NCBI GenBank assembly: GCA_964352985.1
Contig: CAYGUK010000001.1
Span: 5,374 to 69,373, forward strand
Length of the DNA stretch: 64,000 nt
Origin: an uncultured Legionellales bacterium
GTDB lineage: Bacteria > Pseudomonadota > Gammaproteobacteria > JAHCLG01
Direction: 5' to 3'
The notes under the pieces were generated by a model, which worked only from the letters and a program-made list of their open reading frames with translations, searched no databases and was not told the origin of the DNA. Shown piece after piece: positions 17,995-28,312 of this stretch. The position numbers and the translations under genes were made by a program. The stretch's first letter is position 1, and each line of letters opens with the position of its first letter.

Positions 17995-20900
17995 ATGACA
18001 GAACAAAATAAATTTCGCGAAATCCCTTATAATTATACTTCTTTTTCTGATAAAGAAATTATATTACGTTATCTCGATGTTAATGCTTTAGCGACGATCA
18101 ATGCTTTGCGCCAAAAACGAAAAACAGGTCGTTCTGCACGCATGTTATTTGAAATTTTAGGTGACATGTGGGTAATAGATAGAAACCCTTATATTCAAGA
18201 TGATTTAATTACCCATCGTAAAAGATGGGCATCATTAACACACGCGCTCCATCATCGTTTAGACGCGATTGTTAAAAGAGCTAATGATAATGAAACCGTT
18301 AACACACTCATCGTACAAATTAGACAAGCTATTAATGATTTTGTTAGTAAAATAGAACAACAAAAAAAGCTCAGAAAAAAAGTTAGTAAAAAATTATTCG
18401 GTTTGATTCGTAAAGATAATATTTGTTTTGATGGTCTATCTCGAATTTCACATGCAACGGATGCCTCTGATTGGCGTATTGAATATCCTTTAGTCGTGTT
18501 AAAACCTGCAGAAGATAAAAAAATTCCAGCCATTGTCAAAGCTTGTCAGGAGTTAGGTTTAACTATTATTACTCGCGGAGGCGGAACAGGATATACCGGT
18601 GGTGTTATTCCACTTTATCGTAATACCGTTGTTATTAATTTAGAAAAACTCGATCATTTACAATCAATTGAATGGAAAAATTTACCTGGCCTCACTCAAA
18701 AAATCCCCACTATTACAGTCGGTGCGGGAGTCGTCACGAGACGTGTCGCTGAAAAAGCACAAGCGAATCACTTAATTTTTGCTGTTGATCCCACGTCGCA
18801 AGATGCCTCAACGATAGGCGGTAATATTGCGATGAATGCCGGCGGAAAAAAAGCCGTGCTATATGGTACGACGCTGGATAATCTTGCTTCATGGAAATTA
18901 ATTACCGCAAAAGGACAATGGTTATTAGTCGAAAGAATTAATCACAATTTAGGTAAAATCCATTTACAAGATATGGCAGAATTTCGTTTAAGTTACTTTT
19001 CTAGCAAAACAAAAAAACTTATCGGCACACCTTCCACGCTAAAAATTCCAGGCGCATCGTTACGTAAAGTGGGTCTTGGCAAAGATGTGACAGATAAATT
19101 TTTAAGTGGTTTACCCGGAATTCAAAAAGAAGGGTGTGATGGTATTATTACAGAAGCGACATTTATTTTACATCAACAACTCAAACATATTCGCACCTTT
19201 TGTTTAGAATATTTCGGCAGTGATTTAAATCAAGCTGTGTCCTCAATAGTTGAAATAAAAAAACTCCTGGATTATACCAAACATGTTGAATTAGCAGGTC
19301 TTGAACATTTAGATGAACGTTATGTCAAAGCCGTAAATTACTCAACAAAAGCACCACGTGATGAGCGTCCTAAAATGGTATTATTGGGCGATGTTGTTAG
19401 CGATGATGATAATATACTCGCCAATATCACTTCACAAATTATTCGCCTGGCAAATAATCGGAATGCAGAAGGCTTTATTGCAATATCAAGAGAAGCGAGA
19501 GATAAATTTTGGCTTGATCGTTCGAGAACAGCAGCAATTGCCGCACACACGAATGCGTTTAAAATAAATGAAGATGTCGTTATTCCACTAAACAACCTCG
19601 CCAAATATAATGATTTTATTGAACGCCTAAATATCGAACAATCTATTTTTAACAAACTTGAAATTATAAGCAACGTTGTTGAATATTTATCAAATTATCC
19701 CGTTTCACAACAAGAAGAACAAAAATCAATTTTACAAGAGAAAATCAATCTGGCTTTAAAGATTTTAAATACGACAGCTGAAAATTGGCAATTGCTCGTC
19801 ACAAATTTAGATGAATCTGCAAAAAAGTTAAAATTACATATTAATGCCGAAATTAAATTCACTCGCACTGACACTATTTTTGAATTAATGCAAACTCGTG
19901 AATTGCGAATTTCTTATCGCAGAGAAATCGAAAAATCATTAAAGAAAATATTTACGGGTGAAGAGTTCAAATCTATTTGTCAAACACTAGATGATATTCA
20001 TCGAAAAATACGATATAGACGAATTTTTATTGCAACCCACATGCATGCTGGCGATGGCAATGTTCACACCAACATTCCCTTGCACTCAAATGATTATCAA
20101 ATGATGCAAGAAGCTGAAAAAATTGTCGCAAGAATTATGAAAAAAGCCGTGGAACTTGATGGCGTGATTTCGGGTGAACATGGTATTGGTATAACCAAAA
20201 TGCCATTTTTACAACAAGAAACCATTGACGCTTTTATAAAATATAAAAATGACGTGGATCCCAATCAAGTATTTAATCGAGATAAATTAATTGATGTGAA
20301 AGCCATTAATAAAGCATTCACCCCCTCATTTAGTCTGCTCGAACAAGAAGCACTCATATTGCAAGCCTCGGAATTAGGCGAACTCAATTTTGCCATCAAA
20401 GATTGTTTACGCTGTGGAAAATGTAAACCAAAATGCCAAACACATATTCCTCGTGCGAATTTATTTTATTCACCTCGAGATAAAATATTAGGAACGGGTG
20501 CTATCATTGAAGCATTTTTATATGAAGAACAAACTCGTCGAGGAATTTCGTTACAACATTTTTCAGCGATGAATGATATCGCCGATCATTGTACGGTTTG
20601 TCATCATTGCCTTCCACCTTGTCCTGTGAATATTGATTTTGGTGATGTAACAATCAAAATGCGACAAATTTTAAAAGCGCAAGGCAAAAAAAGAGTGAGC
20701 GTGGGCACACGCTTATCTCTCGCTTATTTAAATGCAACGAATCCTTTAAGTATTAAAATATTACGTTTAGTATTACTAAGATTAGGTTTTAAAATGCAAC
20801 GGGCTTTTCATCGCTTAACTTTAAATATGATAAAACCGACTAAATTACCACAAGCAACAACAGGTAAACCCAAAATCCAAGAACAAGTTATCCATTTTTT

Positions 20901-21804
20901 AAAAAAGCCATTACCAAGTGATATTGTCACAAAGCCTATTCGTTCTTTATTGGGCATTGAAGATAATAAAATGATTCCTATACTCAGAGATAGTAAAAAA
21001 GTAAATGATAATTCAGAAGCAATTTTTTATTTTCCAGGCTGTGGTTCTGAAAGATTATTTAGTAAAGTCGGCCTTGCCACACTAGCGACGTTATATCATC
21101 TTGGCATTCAAATAGTGTTGCCACCAGGTTATATGTGCTGTGGTTATCCTCAATCTGCTGAAGGGGATAAGGTAAAAGGAGATGCTATTTCCACACAAAA
21201 CCGAGTATTATTTCATCGCATTGCGAATACGTTAAATTATTTAGACATCAAAACAGTGATCGTGTCTTGTGGTACGTGTATTGATCAATTACAAAATTAT
21301 CATTTTGATAAAATTTTTTCCGAGTGTCGTTTATTAGATATTCACGAATATTTAATGCAAAAGAATTTCAAATTAGAAAATAAAGACCAGGCTTATTTAT
21401 ATCATGACCCGTGCCATTCACCGATTAAACAATATGAACCATTATCTGTCGCCAAAGCGTTACTCGGTGAAAATGTTGTAAAGAGTAATCGCTGTTGTGG
21501 GGATGCCGGTACGTTATCGATGTCGCGGCCGGATATTGCAACTCAATTGCGTTATCGCAAAGAAAAAGAAATTATTAAAAGCCAGCATCAACTAAATGCG
21601 CTCACGAAAACAGAACAAACCACTTATAAAATGTTAACAACTTGCCCTGCTTGTGTGAAGGGATTAGCGACCTATCAACCCAAAACAGGCATCGAAACTC
21701 ATTACATTGTGGAAGAGTTAGCTTTGCAATTATTAGGTGAAAATTGGTTAAGTGAATTTTTAGCTCGTGTTCAACAAGGGGGTATTGAGCGAGTTCTATT
21801 ATGA
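17995..21804 (+). CDS. FAD-linked oxidase fused to an Fe-S/CCG-domain oxidoreductase (YdiJ/GlcD-GlcF-fusion type) with an N-terminal extension
   Basis: Contains a GlcD-like FAD-binding region (GGGTGYTGG), GEHGIG, a ferredoxin-type CxxCGxCxxxC (CLRCGKCKPKC) plus CxxCxxC(L)PPCP, and C-terminal CCG-type Cys motifs. The N-terminal REIPYNYTSFSDKEII resembles DUF3683 (from memory). Confidence 0.85.
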   Translation: MTEQNKFREIPYNYTSFSDKEIILRYLDVNALATINALRQKRKTGRSARMLFEILGDMWVIDRNPYIQDDLITHRKRWASLTHALHHRLDAIVKRANDNETVNTLIVQIRQAINDFVSKIEQQKKLRKKVSKKLFGLIRKDNICFDGLSRISHATDASDWRIEYPLVVLKPAEDKKIPAIVKACQELGLTIITRGGGTGYTGGVIPLYRNTVVINLEKLDHLQSIEWKNLPGLTQKIPTITVGAGVVTRRVAEKAQANHLIFAVDPTSQDASTIGGNIAMNAGGKKAVLYGTTLDNLASWKLITAKGQWLLVERINHNLGKIHLQDMAEFRLSYFSSKTKKLIGTPSTLKIPGASLRKVGLGKDVTDKFLSGLPGIQKEGCDGIITEATFILHQQLKHIRTFCLEYFGSDLNQAVSSIVEIKKLLDYTKHVELAGLEHLDERYVKAVNYSTKAPRDERPKMVLLGDVVSDDDNILANITSQIIRLANNRNAEGFIAISREARDKFWLDRSRTAAIAAHTNAFKINEDVVIPLNNLAKYNDFIERLNIEQSIFNKLEIISNVVEYLSNYPVSQQEEQKSILQEKINLALKILNTTAENWQLLVTNLDESAKKLKLHINAEIKFTRTDTIFELMQTRELRISYRREIEKSLKKIFTGEEFKSICQTLDDIHRKIRYRRIFIATHMHAGDGNVHTNIPLHSNDYQMMQEAEKIVARIMKKAVELDGVISGEHGIGITKMPFLQQETIDAFIKYKNDVDPNQVFNRDKLIDVKAINKAFTPSFSLLEQEALILQASELGELNFAIKDCLRCGKCKPKCQTHIPRANLFYSPRDKILGTGAIIEAFLYEEQTRRGISLQHFSAMNDIADHCTVCHHCLPPCPVNIDFGDVTIKMRQILKAQGKKRVSVGTRLSLAYLNATNPLSIKILRLVLLRLGFKMQRAFHRLTLNMIKPTKLPQATTGKPKIQEQVIHFLKKPLPSDIVTKPIRSLLGIEDNKMIPILRDSKKVNDNSEAIFYFPGCGSERLFSKVGLATLATLYHLGIQIVLPPGYMCCGYPQSAEGDKVKGDAISTQNRVLFHRIANTLNYLDIKTVIVSCGTCIDQLQNYHFDKIFSECRLLDIHEYLMQKNFKLENKDQAYLYHDPCHSPIKQYEPLSVAKALLGENVVKSNRCCGDAGTLSMSRPDIATQLRYRKEKEIIKSQHQLNALTKTEQTTYKMLTTCPACVKGLATYQPKTGIETHYIVEELALQLLGENWLSEFLARVQQGGIERVLL

Positions 21805-22201
21805 ATCAATTACCTAGTATCAGAAAGCCTCGCAACTATTTTGATATCGCTTAAAAGTGACAAGAGATGACGTGACTTGTAACTAAGTTATTGATAGTTT
21901 AATTATTCTGTTATAATCTTTATTTATTATATTATTGACATTCGGCAATTTTATGTCGAATTTTAATATTTCCTTAAGATTAATCGACTAAAATATTAAC
22001 TAGATAATAAGGCAAATTGTCTAAATTGATTATAGAAATAGCTCGTCGAAGCATTTGCTAGTTAGTCAGCTTGCTACTAAAACAAATGGAATAGTACTAA
22101 AAAACGGAATTTTAAAAAGGTAATGGTGGTGACTGCTGTTAAATGATTGTTTATAATAGTCTTTTCAGCGCACTTCCTTGTGTTAATTTATTGTTTAGAG
22201 A

Positions 22202-22459
22202 ATGAATATGGCGAATAGTAAAGGTTTTTTTGGAAAATTCTTACCTCGCTCTAAAGAACATCCTCTCGTTGCAGAGACAGATAAAATGCGGCAACAAGCG
22301 AATGAATTGCTAATGGAAATGGTAAAAATCGTCAAAAGCGAAGAAATCGACTTTGAGAAATTCGAACAAACGAGACTCGAAGCGGTAGCCTTAAAAAAAG
22401 CAATTTCTGCTAAACAATATGAGTTACATCAAATGATGCGTGAGGGCAGAACAGAATGA
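22202..22459 (+). CDS. hypothetical 85-aa protein
   Basis: ORF only. Its stop overlaps the next ORF's start (ATGA). No motif recognised. Confidence 0.35.
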   Translation: MNMANSKGFFGKFLPRSKEHPLVAETDKMRQQANELLMEMVKIVKSEEIDFEKFEQTRLEAVALKKAISAKQYELHQMMREGRTE

Positions 22460-22677
22460 GGTCTGATTTAGAAAAAGCAGCTCAAAATTCAGAAGCAGCT
22501 GGTGGTACATGCGATCAAGTTCTTCGTATGGTGCAACAGGTGTTCGCTGAATTATATCCTAATCAACCTCATGATGTTACACGCGCAATGGCATATTCTA
22601 GTCAAGTAGCGAGTTATACCAGAAACATTCGTTCATCCACCATTTATGATGATCCACACTCCAAAAAAACGGTTTAA
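22456..22677 (+). CDS. hypothetical 73-aa protein
   Basis: ORF only, coupled by a 4-nt overlap to the preceding ORF. Confidence 0.35.
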   Translation: MRSDLEKAAQNSEAAGGTCDQVLRMVQQVFAELYPNQPHDVTRAMAYSSQVASYTRNIRSSTIYDDPHSKKTV

Positions 22678-22856
22678 CATAATACATTTAATTGTTTATT
22701 AAAAAGCTTAAAACCAATTCAAGCGTTTCTTCTCGTCTTACCATAATCGATGATATTTCGGTACTAATCAAAACCCACCCAAACATCTACTATATTTAAC
22801 TAAGCTAAAGTAGAATAGTTAAATGAGGAAAAAATCAGAAAAAGAGTTAATTCACT

Positions 22857-24214
22857 ATGTTAAAAATAAATCAAAAAAAATTAACATTTTTATTTTCAAG
22901 CATCCTTTTTTTTCTCATCCCTCTTTCCTACGCTCATTCCACTTGGCATGAACCGGAATATCAAACCATTGCGATTTCAGAATTTAATCCGCTAACAAAT
23001 GCCATGTTATTTCGTGGCGATGTGCCAGTTGATTACACAGGAGAAGATCCTAATCGTCATTATTTTTACAACATGCAAAATTTAATGAATGAAATTAATC
23101 AGCGCTATCATGAGCAATTTGGCCATGACTTACCAAACAATTTCGCTTTATCGATGTCACATTACTCCGTGGACAAATTCATGCGACTTATTTTGCTCAT
23201 TACCCTGATGATCCGACATCACCAATTTGTATCGATACTGCTATGCCACTTAATCACGCCGTACCAAGTAATAAAACTAAAACAGTCGTTATAAACATCA
23301 ATGGTCAAAAACATATTATCAAAGGCCAATTAATCTGGTGGAATCCGCAAAACGTACAAAACCCTAATGCCTATAAATTAGATTTAAATGGAATTTTAAC
23401 TGCATTGGGCGCCAATACCAATTCGCAAAATCCAAAAACTTGGCAACAATTAATCCCCAATAACGATTTACAAATTAATCACGAAAATTTAAATGATCAA
23501 GGCTTAATCCCCGTGATCCACGCATTGCTTAATAATCAAAATCAAATCGGCAATGTGAATTTAAATACGATTATTCCAGGGTTAAAGGCCACATCACCAG
23601 GCTTGCCGGTAATCGTTTATATTCATTGTCAATGTGGTCGAGATAGAACAGGTTTTGTTAATATTGCGTATAAAATGGAATATAGCAAAATGTCACTTCC
23701 TAGTGCTTGGTTAGCAAGCTCAATCGTCAATGATCAACCCTATTCATCTGATCGTATTAATACGATTAGAGCTTATTGCCGTTATTTACAATTAACCCAG
23801 GATTATGAAACGAATAAACCACAAATATGTGGTATTAATTTACAAGATGATGAAAGACACACTCACCCAGATCCGAGTGCGTTAAAAAATCGATTAGTGC
23901 CTATTGCAAGACCTCGACTAATATTAAAATCACACGGCTCGAATAAAGCGAATATCATTATAAGTTGGTTACCTTTTCATAACACTTATGCAAACAATGA
24001 TAAAACAAATCAAGTCACCGTGATTTCTTTATGTCAGTTAAATAATCACAAAAATTGTAAAATAATTAAAACTTGGAAGTTCAATTCAACCCAACATCAG
24101 TTGATCACTAGTCTTAAACTAGCAACTGATTTAACTTATGCAGTAAAGCAACGTGTCATCGCTGGAAATCATACTACTTCAATAAATAGCTTACCTGAAA
24201 AGTTAAAGTTCTGA
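22857..24214 (+). pseudogene. secreted CX5R (PTP/dual-specificity-like) phosphatase interrupted by a -1 frame change near 23139-23152
   Basis: Signal peptide MLKINQKKLTFLFSSILFFLIPLSYAHS and LFRGDVPV are in frame 0. Frame 2 is open from 23129 and reads FIDVTLLRG...VIVYIHCQCGRDRTGF (HCx5R). After ~23150 frame 0 turns into a low-complexity hydrophobic read-through. Confidence 0.6.
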
Positions 24215-24226
24215 ATTTTGCATAAT

Positions 24227-27200
24227 TTATGAAAAATTATGTTGGGTAGCTTCAGCCATAGAACTCAACATATTACTTTGAATATATCGATTAATAACTT
24301 CAGTTAAGGTTTTTAATCCTTTATGTAAAGCTATTGCTAACTTTTCACCACAACTGTCGCCAAAGTAATTACTTAAAAATGTCACAGATGCTTTAATATA
24401 AGTCACTGGATTAGCCGGATCACAAGCAATAAAGATCATCCCCATATCAATGACTTTATCAATTAAAGTAGATAAATAACTATCATCGGTATTTAAGCAT
24501 GATTTTAAAAACTTGCCACCACTCATTAACATAAATGAAAACCAACAATTGGCTGAGTCAAAAATTTTAATCATGTTTTTTACAACACTTGCTATAAATT
24601 TCGCAGAATCTTCCTCTAAAAATTCAGCTAACACATTTTCAATAAACTTACCAATAAATCCGTAAAAAAGGCCATCCTTGAAACCTTGTTTAAAATCCCC
24701 CATTAACTCAAGTGAATTTATCATTTCTTCAAGATGAAGGTACGGACTATGATCACAAAGCTCGAGTAAAGCACTTGAATCAGTTACTTCAGGACTCGCA
24801 TCAACAATATTCGTTGACTCTCCCATGATATAGCGTCTAAAACTATTTGGTGGGTAATAACACGGTCGTGCTTCATGTGAAACTTTAATAGTAGTTGGTG
24901 ACGATGTAGTTGATTTAGGAAATGCAGTTGGCGAATCTATTTGTCTAGCTGCTGTTGATTCCATTGATTTTGTTGTTGTTTGCGCCAAATTCAAATAGCA
25001 CTTTCTATCGCGGCTTGGTGTTGATGATTGAATATTTGCAGTAATAGCAAAAAATCTAAATCTGGGAAAGGAATGTTTAACGTCTTGACCTTTTTGCGAA
25101 CTTGTTAATGGTTGTAATTGTTGATCAAGCGGTAAACTTGTTCCAACTTGTTGAGCATGTAAATCATGCTGGGATATTGTATTAACCCACAAACCAGTCT
25201 CTCGACAATAATCCGCTATTCTGACAACACGGCGGTTCCAATAAAACTCATCATCTGATTGGTAACGTATTAACAAAACCACGACTTCTTGAGAAGTCGC
25301 AAGAGTTAAGAGCGAGTCTGAATTTTCATTAGGCCGAAAATCAGCATCTGCGCCTTTATTTAAACATTTTTCTAATAAATCAGCTTGTTCAGGCAATTCA
25401 ACTAATACTGTTAATATTGAACTATCATGGATTTCATCAACATAATCTAAAATTAATTCTGCATGTTCAAAGCGGTGATGACTAACAGAAGTCGTTAATA
25501 ATTTTTGTAAAAATTCATCTTCGAAATCATTATTATCAAGTAAATAGTCTACCAATTGTAAATTACTTGCTTTAACTGCAGCTTTAATAACTTGGGTCAC
25601 ATCAGCATAGGGTTCAATAAATGTTTGATAAGTTAAAATGTCTAACTCACTAATAACATATTCAATTTCAGGTGAAGTTAACTGAATATCAGGGCCAAAA
25701 TATTCTGTTATAAATGCCTGATTCTGGCTATAGTTTGTTAAGGCTACAACACATAGCCGAATCGAACATTGATTATTATCTTCACGGATAGTTAGCTTTT
25801 CCATTGCTAAAACTGGATTAGCAGATAAAATTGTTTTGGCGGTATTAATATCACCATATGCAAAAGCAAAAGCTAAAATTAATTTCGCATTAGCTAGATT
25901 ACTGACCGACTTAAGTTTAGCAACAATAGAATATTCTTCAAAAAGTGATAGTAATTTTTTAGTATAAGTAACACTCGATGTAACTTGTTCACCCGTTTGA
26001 TAATCAACACTTGAAACTGGATCATCAATTGACAGAAACCCCCATCGAGAAGGTATATTTTTGATATTAACTATATGAGGTAAGGGATATACACTCGAAT
26101 ACTGAATTTTTAATGCCTCAACAAACCGTCCCTCAATGATCATCTGACTAAAATGACTTGTCCCACCAAAATAATGAAAAGTCGAAGTAGCAAGTGGTGG
26201 CGCAACGACACGACCTATGGAGTCTGGTAATTGTGTTATTGCTTGATTAAATTTATCATGTCCTCGATGATTTTGACCCAATACTCGAAATGCTTGTGAT
26301 AATGGAGAATCACTATTAGCAGTATTTTTGTAATATTCAGCCATTCTTCTAGGAGGACTCAATTGATATTTATCTCGCCATAATCGATCCTGTACGCCTA
26401 CGTGAGGTAAACTTGCTGTAGAAACCAATTTAATTTCATTCGCCAAATTCTCATCAAGTAATCTATAGTTTAATTCCCATTCTTGTTTGGGACGTAAATC
26501 ATAGAGTACGTAAAAAGATTGAATAAATGGTACTCCTTTAGCAAGAAGTAAATTTCCAGAATTAGGGCCTTCGATAAATGGGGGTAAGCTTTTAAATGGA
26601 TTAACAGTAAAATATTCACTTATTTCTGATTGTAAGCTACCAGTTGGTAATAATACAACACTTTGCGCTGGTGTCGCTTTAACAGAATCTTGTTTAGAAT
26701 CAACATTACAAATTCGAAATTTTTCATGAAACAGTAATTGCTTACGAGCAGCAAGAATATCTTTATAGTAAGGAATTTCTTTACTAAATGGCCATCTTCC
26801 TTTATTAATTACCTGGCGGATATTATATAACTCATCGTCCGTTAACTCATGTTGAACAACTAATACCATTGGTTCTTCAATATTTTCCATTAACTGATAA
26901 TAACGTGCAGCCATAATTAAATTGATGAGAGTCAGTTCTCGAGGAAAATTCATGTGAACAACACGATAATGTAAACCATAAATAGATTGAATTATGATTT
27001 GACCTTGGGCTTGAGCATCTATTATCTCAGCAAGATTAGCTCTTCTTATTGGATCTTTGACATGAGTTAGTGCTTGTTGAACTTCGGTGAAGGTCGTGCC
27101 AGGATTATCAATTCCAGTAGAAATATTTACATCTTCTTCAATTACTAGATCAGAATGTCGATCTTCACTTGAAATAACGATTGGATTCATCGTACCAAAC

Positions 27201-27607
27201 GGAGGGATCAGTAAATATTGTCTTACTTTAAATAATGTTGCATGATGCGTATGATCAAAGTTTAACTGTCCCCCTGAAAGCCCAGCATCAAGTGTTTCAA
27301 AATTAAATTTGTGAGTCATAAAGTAACTGTAACTATATATCGTAACCTGAATGCCACGATATTCGTACCAAATATCATGATTAGTCACACGTTTTGTTTT
27401 ATCGATTCCTAATAAACTATATAACTTATATAAAGCAGCATCACGGCACACAAACTCTACCGCACCACGAAAGCCCATATTAATAATGTTTCTTAAAATT
27501 AGGATGGTATTGTATTGGCCACCAAATCCAGGTGTACCATCAATATTAACTCTAATTTTACGACTGTTGAGGATAAATTTTATTTTTGTATTGTTATCAG
27601 TAAACAC
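24227..27607 (-). CDS. 1126-aa orphan protein with degenerate ankyrin-like repeats and a hydrophobic C-terminal region
   Basis: Long ORF. aa ~570-785 (nt 25253-25900) show ANK-like periodicity, e.g. CLNKGADADFRPNENSDSLLTLATSQEVVVLLIRY. An S/T/P-rich linker spans aa ~860-915. Confidence 0.7.
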   Translation of the reverse strand: MFTDNNTKIKFILNSRKIRVNIDGTPGFGGQYNTILILRNIINMGFRGAVEFVCRDAALYKLYSLLGIDKTKRVTNHDIWYEYRGIQVTIYSYSYFMTHKFNFETLDAGLSGGQLNFDHTHHATLFKVRQYLLIPPFGTMNPIVISSEDRHSDLVIEEDVNISTGIDNPGTTFTEVQQALTHVKDPIRRANLAEIIDAQAQGQIIIQSIYGLHYRVVHMNFPRELTLINLIMAARYYQLMENIEEPMVLVVQHELTDDELYNIRQVINKGRWPFSKEIPYYKDILAARKQLLFHEKFRICNVDSKQDSVKATPAQSVVLLPTGSLQSEISEYFTVNPFKSLPPFIEGPNSGNLLLAKGVPFIQSFYVLYDLRPKQEWELNYRLLDENLANEIKLVSTASLPHVGVQDRLWRDKYQLSPPRRMAEYYKNTANSDSPLSQAFRVLGQNHRGHDKFNQAITQLPDSIGRVVAPPLATSTFHYFGGTSHFSQMIIEGRFVEALKIQYSSVYPLPHIVNIKNIPSRWGFLSIDDPVSSVDYQTGEQVTSSVTYTKKLLSLFEEYSIVAKLKSVSNLANAKLILAFAFAYGDINTAKTILSANPVLAMEKLTIREDNNQCSIRLCVVALTNYSQNQAFITEYFGPDIQLTSPEIEYVISELDILTYQTFIEPYADVTQVIKAAVKASNLQLVDYLLDNNDFEDEFLQKLLTTSVSHHRFEHAELILDYVDEIHDSSILTVLVELPEQADLLEKCLNKGADADFRPNENSDSLLTLATSQEVVVLLIRYQSDDEFYWNRRVVRIADYCRETGLWVNTISQHDLHAQQVGTSLPLDQQLQPLTSSQKGQDVKHSFPRFRFFAITANIQSSTPSRDRKCYLNLAQTTTKSMESTAARQIDSPTAFPKSTTSSPTTIKVSHEARPCYYPPNSFRRYIMGESTNIVDASPEVTDSSALLELCDHSPYLHLEEMINSLELMGDFKQGFKDGLFYGFIGKFIENVLAEFLEEDSAKFIASVVKNMIKIFDSANCWFSFMLMSGGKFLKSCLNTDDSYLSTLIDKVIDMGMIFIACDPANPVTYIKASVTFLSNYFGDSCGEKLAIALHKGLKTLTEVINRYIQSNMLSSMAEATQHNFS

Positions 27608-28193
27608 CGAGGTTTATCCATTATTCTTGTTTTTTAAAAATTTTTTTAGTTTGAATTCAAATTACAATTCTAGAAAGATTTGCTCTCATTGAAAAATTCC
27701 CCGAATCGCTATAAGGGGGCAATAACTCATAAAGTAATATTAAATCTGGAGCAAAAAAACATTATTAAAATGTCGTAATTTGCCTTTTAGAGAAGAATGT
27801 GGAATAAAGTAAATTGAATCTAAATACAATGAACACTTTTATAGCTTTTATAAAATGGATTTTGTCTTTTGTTTTTATCATTTGTTTTTACCTTTTTATT
27901 TTTTTAAGTCACAGAACTTTATTGATACTTAAACTTTATATTATTTAAAGTTACATAAATTATTATTTAATCACTATTTTTTTATAGTGAAAATTTAAGA
28001 TAATAATACATCTATTTTTCTTTCTTTTCATTAACTATTTTTTTTGAAAAAATTACCTAACCGGCTTAAAACTACTTTTTTATACGGAACGACTATTTAC
28101 AAATAAATAACCAACTAAATTTTATTTATAAATGTTCGGGATTTCTTGATATAAATTATAGATACTGAAAATATCTTTCTAGATATAAAAAAA

Positions 28194-28312
28194 TTGCTTT
28201 ACACCCCGAAAAAATCGAGTAGCGAAACCACCATTGCAGCGGCTATTCAAGGGACGTGACATAACATCTACAGTTCCACTACTTTAATTTTTCTACTCAA
28301 GGTGTAAAGCAA
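28194..28312. repeat. 119-bp element bounded by perfect 12-bp inverted repeats (candidate structured sRNA or MITE-like remnant)
   Basis: ttgctttacacc (28194-28205) pairs with ggtgtaaagcaa (28301-28312), with an inner helix tcgagtag/ctactcaa. It is locally GC-richer than the surrounding 820-bp AT-rich spacer. A7 at 28187-28193 becomes U7 after the 3' arm on the minus strand. Confidence 0.6.

Noticed and set aside
26227-27565. Local resemblance of the 1126-aa protein's N-domain to the EarP-type (GT-B) arginine rhamnosyltransferase. PGFGGQYNTILILRNI resembles DNYGDIGVTWRLA, and PFIEGPNSGNLLLAKGVPFIQ resembles NFVRGEDSFVRAQWAGKPFVW.
   Set aside because: The EarP sequences are recalled from memory. 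The acidic residues reported as catalytic in EarP do not align with acidic residues here. It is kept only as a hypothesis for an HHpred test and is not claimed.
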